DNA of 63,782 nucleotides, counting the filler, from Octopus bimaculoides (Eukaryota), in the NCBI RefSeq assembly GCF_001194135.2. It is 4 parts of 4 records of this genome, joined end to end, with 100 filler letters (N's around TTAATTAATTAA, not from the genome) between each part and the next. Parts side by side here need not be neighbours in the genome. Positions count along the whole stretch, not along the records: positions 36,112 to 62,417 come from NC_068998.1; positions 62,518 to 63,782 come from NW_026416823.1; 2 more parts are not named here. One strand, written 5' to 3'. The translations under genes were made by a program, and so were the position numbers. The notes beneath the pieces are model-generated. The model saw nothing but the letters and a program-made list of their open reading frames with translations. It was not told the DNA's origin and made no database searches. Shown here piece by piece: positions 59,397 to 63,782 of this stretch. How positions within the stretch are numbered: position 1 is the first letter of the stretch; the number at the start of each line of letters is the position of its first letter.

Positions 59397-60647
59397 AAAA
59401 TTTCAGATGTTGGATCGTGTTAGACACAGCACTGATTGCTGCAAAAGAGAGAGTATATCCACTGACAGCTTTTCGGTGCATTCAAAACTCACATACCCCC
59501 ACCCAATTTTCCATGACTGGTTAGGGCCTGAAATACTCCAAACGGACGCATAGCATGTTGCTTAGTCGAATTAGCCCATCATTTTCTCCACAAATGTTTT
59601 GTTGTCAATGCTGCACTTTCCCATATCACCTGTTTCAACATGACTGTAATATATTATACACAAACTATGNNNNNNNNNNNNNNNNNNNNNNNNNNNNNNN
59701 NNNNNNNNNNNNNNNNNNNNNNNNNNNNNNNNNNNNNNNNNNNNNNNNNNNNNNNNNNNNNNNNNNNNNNNNNNNNNNNNNNNNNNNNNNNNNNNNNNNN
59801 NNNNNNNNNNNNNNNNNNNNNNNNNNNNNNNNNNNNNNNNNNNNNNNNNNNNNNNNNNNNNNNNNNNNNNNNNNNNNNNNNNNNNNNNNNNNNNNNNNNN
59901 NNNNNNNNNNNNNNNNNNNNNNNNNNNNNNNNNNNNNNNNNNNNNNNNNNNNNNNNNNNNNNNNNNNNNNNNNNNNNNNNNNNNNNNNNNNNNNNNNNNN
60001 NNNNNNNNNNNNNNNNNNNNNNNNNNNNNNNNNNNNNNNNNNNNNNNNNNNNNNNNNNNNNNNNNNNNNNNNNNNNNNNNNNNNNNNNNNNNNNNNNNNN
60101 NNNNNNNNNNNNNNNNNNNNNNNNNNNNNNNNNNNNNNNNNNNNNNNNNNNNNNNNNNNNNNNNNNNNNNNNNNNNNNNNNNNNNNNNNNNNNNNNNNNN
60201 NNNNNNNNNNNNNNNNNNNNNNNNNNNNNNNNNNNNNNNNNNNNNNNNNNNNNNNNNNNNNNNNNNNNNNNNNNNNNNNNNNNNNNNNNNNNNNNNNNNN
60301 NNNNNNNNNNNNNNNNNNNNNNNNNNNNNNNNNNNNNNNNNNNNNNNNNNNNNNNNNNNNNNNNNNNNNNNNNNNNNNNNNNNNNNNNNNNNNNNNNNNN
60401 NNNNNNNNNNNNNNNNNNNNNNNNNNNNNNNNNNNNNNNNNNNNNNNNNNNNNNNNNNNNNNNNNNNNNNNNNNNNNNNNNNNNNNNNNNNNNNNNNNNN
60501 NNNNNNNNNNNNNNNNNNNNNNNNNNNNNNNNNNNNNNNNNNNNNNNNNNNNNNNNNNNNNNNNNNNNNNNNNNNNNNNNNNNNNNNNNNNNNNNNNNNN
60601 NNNNNNNNNNNNNNNNNNNNNNNNNNNNNNNNNNNNNNNNNNNNNNC

Positions 60648-61670
60648 CTTAAACCATTTTTTTAAGGTTTACGTTGATAGCGTTTCCCCTCTGCAAGCTC
60701 GCTATAAAACAGCTGTTTCGGCATGCGTTCATTGTCTGCCATTCGGACAATATGGCACCAAAGGCGTGACTCCAAGTCACCAAATGCTTTTGCTGCCCTT
60801 TGAATTCCCAGATGTATTTCTGTATCAAGATTTCCATCATTTTGTACAAAGTTTCCAAGGTAGATGAACGAATCCACAACCTCAAGTAACTTACCCTTAA
60901 CGAAAATTTTAGTGGGGTTACAAACAGCACCACACGCAGGTTGATGCATTACAAATGTTATTTTTCAATTTGATGGTCAAGCCAAAATCATCAGAGGCTG
61001 AGTCAAATGCAGATACAAGAGATTGCCGGCCTGTTTCAGAATGACTGACAAGATCGCAATCGTCAGTGTATAAATGTTCCCTAATGAGTGAAGTAAAAAC
61101 CTTCGTTTTGAATTTCAGTCTGGTCAGATTAAAAACGTTCCCTGTTGTTCGATACTTTATGTAAATACCATCCTCAGAAAAGTATGTGACAACATAACAG
61201 AAAAGTATATTGCAAAGTGGGTGGGTGCGTCAAGGTCTCCTTGCTTTACTCTATTTTCCACGGCAAAAGATTCAGAGAGCCTACCACCAAAGTTAAGTCT
61301 AGCTTTCATATCTTGATACAAAGCCCTGGTCATGCTTACCAATTTTTCTGGGCAACCTATTTTCCTTAGAATTAGCTAAATTAATACATTCAAGAGTTCA
61401 AACATTTTGTCACCCCCATATTTCAAGACTTCTGCACAGATTCCATCAGACCCTGGAGACTTATTGTTATTCAGTTTATTCACAGCTAAATAAATGTCAT
61501 TTAGAGTTGGTTCAAATGCCATCTCTTCTATAACTGGAAAGTGTTCGACTTTTTCTATCGTCCATGTCAGCGGATGATGTTCTATTCAAAAGTGCAGAAA
61601 AGTGTTCTACCCAGCGCTTATGAATAGAAGTGTCAGTCAGAAGCAAACGTCCATTTGCTGTTCTCACTGG
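60648..61670 (-). mobile_element. RTE-clade LINE RT remnant
   Basis: HKRWVEHFSALLN, NKSPGSDGI.AEVLKYG, FAVENRVKQGDLDAPTHF, LEVVDSFIYLG..., RMADNERMPKQLFYSELAEGKR. Confidence 0.8.
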
Positions 61671-62417
61671 AGCTAGCCACAATTGGCCTAGACACCTATC
61701 TGAAAAACTCTGAGGACAGGATGCTAAAACTTGTCTCAAAACATGAAAGCAAGAAAGCATCTTACTCAGTAACAAAACAGGCAAAGGAATATCTAAGTGA
61801 ATTCCAATTGCAACAAATTCAAGAATTAGACGAACTAGAAACACCCGCAGAAAAAGCTAAGCGCTTGAAAACCCGTGCTAAAACTGCTGCCTTAGATCTT
61901 ATGACTGATAAATGGCATGGAAAACTTCTCAATAGCAAATACCCAAAGAGAGCGAATAATGCAGATATTGACAAAGCCCTTACTCATCAATGGCTAATGG
62001 CCTCTGGCTTAAAATCAGAAACAGAGGGGTTTATCATAGCAGCCTAAGATCAATGCCTAACGAAAAAGAACTATCAGACCAACATATTAAAGAACGGCAG
62101 CTCCCCATTATGTCGTATATGCCAACAACATAATGAGACCATCGATCATGTTGTTTCCATGTGCAGTCTGCTTGCGCCTACAGAGTATCTCAACAGGCAT
62201 GATAGAGCTGCACAATATATTCACTGGGTAATATGCAAAAACCTGGACTTGTCCCATGATAAAAACTGGTGGGAACACAAACCACCCCCAGTACTTGAAA
62301 ATGATCACATCGCACTCCTCTGGAACGTTACCATTCAAACTGACAGAAAGATAGATGCAAATAGGCCAGACATCATACTGAAAGACTTGAGACAAAAATC
62401 ATGCCTCCTCATTGATA
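61665..62417 (+). mobile_element. R4/Dong-clade non-LTR retrotransposon, post-RT, CCHC and RLE region
   Basis: WHGKLL...LKSETEGFIIAA*DQ; CRICQQHNETIDHVVSMC (CCHC); LNRHDRAAQYIHW; TDRKIDANRPDIILKD. Confidence 0.85.
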
Positions 62418-63021
62418 NNNNNNNNNNNNNNNNNNNNNNNNNNNNNNNNNNNNNNNNNNNNTTAATTAATTAANNNNNNNNNNNNNNNNNNNNNNNNNNN
62501 NNNNNNNNNNNNNNNNNATATATATATATATATATAAATTTATAAATATATATATACACACACGTGCATATAGGCATTTACACATACACACATATAATTA
62601 TATACGCACACAAACACACTCACGTATGCATATGTCTGCAAAATCATATAATATCGTTGATATGCATTGAAAATTATTTTGGGAGAATAGTTAAAATTCT
62701 AATGAAATTAATTATGTATCTTATTTCAGTGATATGTTTTCTTATCATTCTCCCAGAAGAACCACGAAATTAATTCATTTGAAGTCATGATATCAAATGA
62801 AGGAAAGTTTGTGCGCGATTATTCCTACGTATATACGTATAAGTATGTGTGTATATATGTATGCATGTATGTATGTGTGTGTATGTATGTATGTATGTAT
62901 GTATGCATGTATGTACGTATGTATGTATGTGTGTATGCATGTATGTATTTATGTAGGTATGTTTATGTATATGTGTGTGTACATGCATGTAAAAATCTGT
63001 ATATGTATATATTTAAATATT

Positions 63022-63083
<62 letters not shown>

Positions 63084-63211
63084 TAGATAAAGTATTTATA
63101 CAAATACATGTTATGTAAAAATATATGCATATATATGTGTATGTATGTATATATATATATATATATATAGATAGATAGATGCATACATATCTACCTACAT
63201 ACATACATACA

Positions 63212-63247
<36 letters not shown>

Positions 63248-63349
63248 CAAACATATGTAGAAACCCAAGTGAATATAGTAGTACAGAAAATGCGTAACAA
63301 AGATATACGTACACGCAAGCGTGTGACTATACAGACGGATATTTGTGTT

Positions 63350-63387
<38 letters not shown>

Positions 63388-63782
63388 GACACACTAATGT
63401 AGATTTGATTTCTACTATCATCTAGTGAAATATAATTCTTAAAATGAATCCTGGCGATGGAGACTATATTGCAAGTAATTAAAAATTAAGTAATCTATAG
63501 CAAAACCTAATAACAGGTTATATTGCAAAATAAATAGTATAGTTGAAATTTTTAGACTTGTCTGATTAACAACTCAAAAAACGACGAACGGTGTAAAATG
63601 TCAGTTACAAGATATTCATATCTGCAAATTGAAAGATGAATATACGAAACCTGGGTGACGTCATCATTCTTCATGGAGTTATTGTATGCTCGCAATAGCA
63701 GTGATATTTACCTGCAAATGCGCCGGATCAGCCCTTAGAAACAGTGTTTCAACGATGACTGAACGAGTCGGCTATCTATCTG

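Noticed and set aside
63650-63782. TGACGTCA (CRE) and local CpG enrichment as a PGRP promoter
   Set aside because: A single 8-mer is expected by chance in 64 kb and no first exon is linked to it.
57902-63782. Upstream PGRP exon(s) with the HHT motif
   Set aside because: Not found by eye in called bases; may lie in gaps or outside the window.

Overview
AT-rich, microsatellite- and repeat-dense eukaryotic scaffold with many N gaps. The SINE and microsatellite content suggests an octopus or other coleoid cephalopod; this is inference, not a database match. Two host genes are supported. (1) A complete, intronless 1683-aa membrane guanylate-cyclase-like ORF (37021-42072, +) with signal peptide, three Ig-like-looking modules, an ANF-receptor/Venus-flytrap domain, three EGF repeats, a TM helix, a pseudokinase, a coiled coil and a cyclase domain. 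(2) The last coding exon of an amidase-type peptidoglycan recognition protein (57552-57901, -). The strongest novel signal is in the cyclase domain. It keeps the 'C1/alpha-side' catalytic residues (both metal-binding Asp and the phosphate-binding Arg) but has lost the 'C2/beta-side' Cys, Asn, Arg and Lys. That is the signature of a half-enzyme that needs a heterodimeric partner, or of a decoy, here in a membrane receptor. The rest of the window is decayed mobile DNA: R4/Dong, Tx1/L1, CR1, RTE, Hero and Penelope retroelements, mariner, maT, hAT and Helitron remnants, and several tRNA-derived SINE families. Three non-coding structures stand out: minimal hammerhead-ribozyme motifs beside Penelope remnants, a tRNA-Met-like gene enclosed by 60-bp inverted repeats, and a 59-bp satellite whose units each fold into two hairpins. 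All motif calls were read by eye, and repeat boundaries are approximate unless a TSD or TIR is given.
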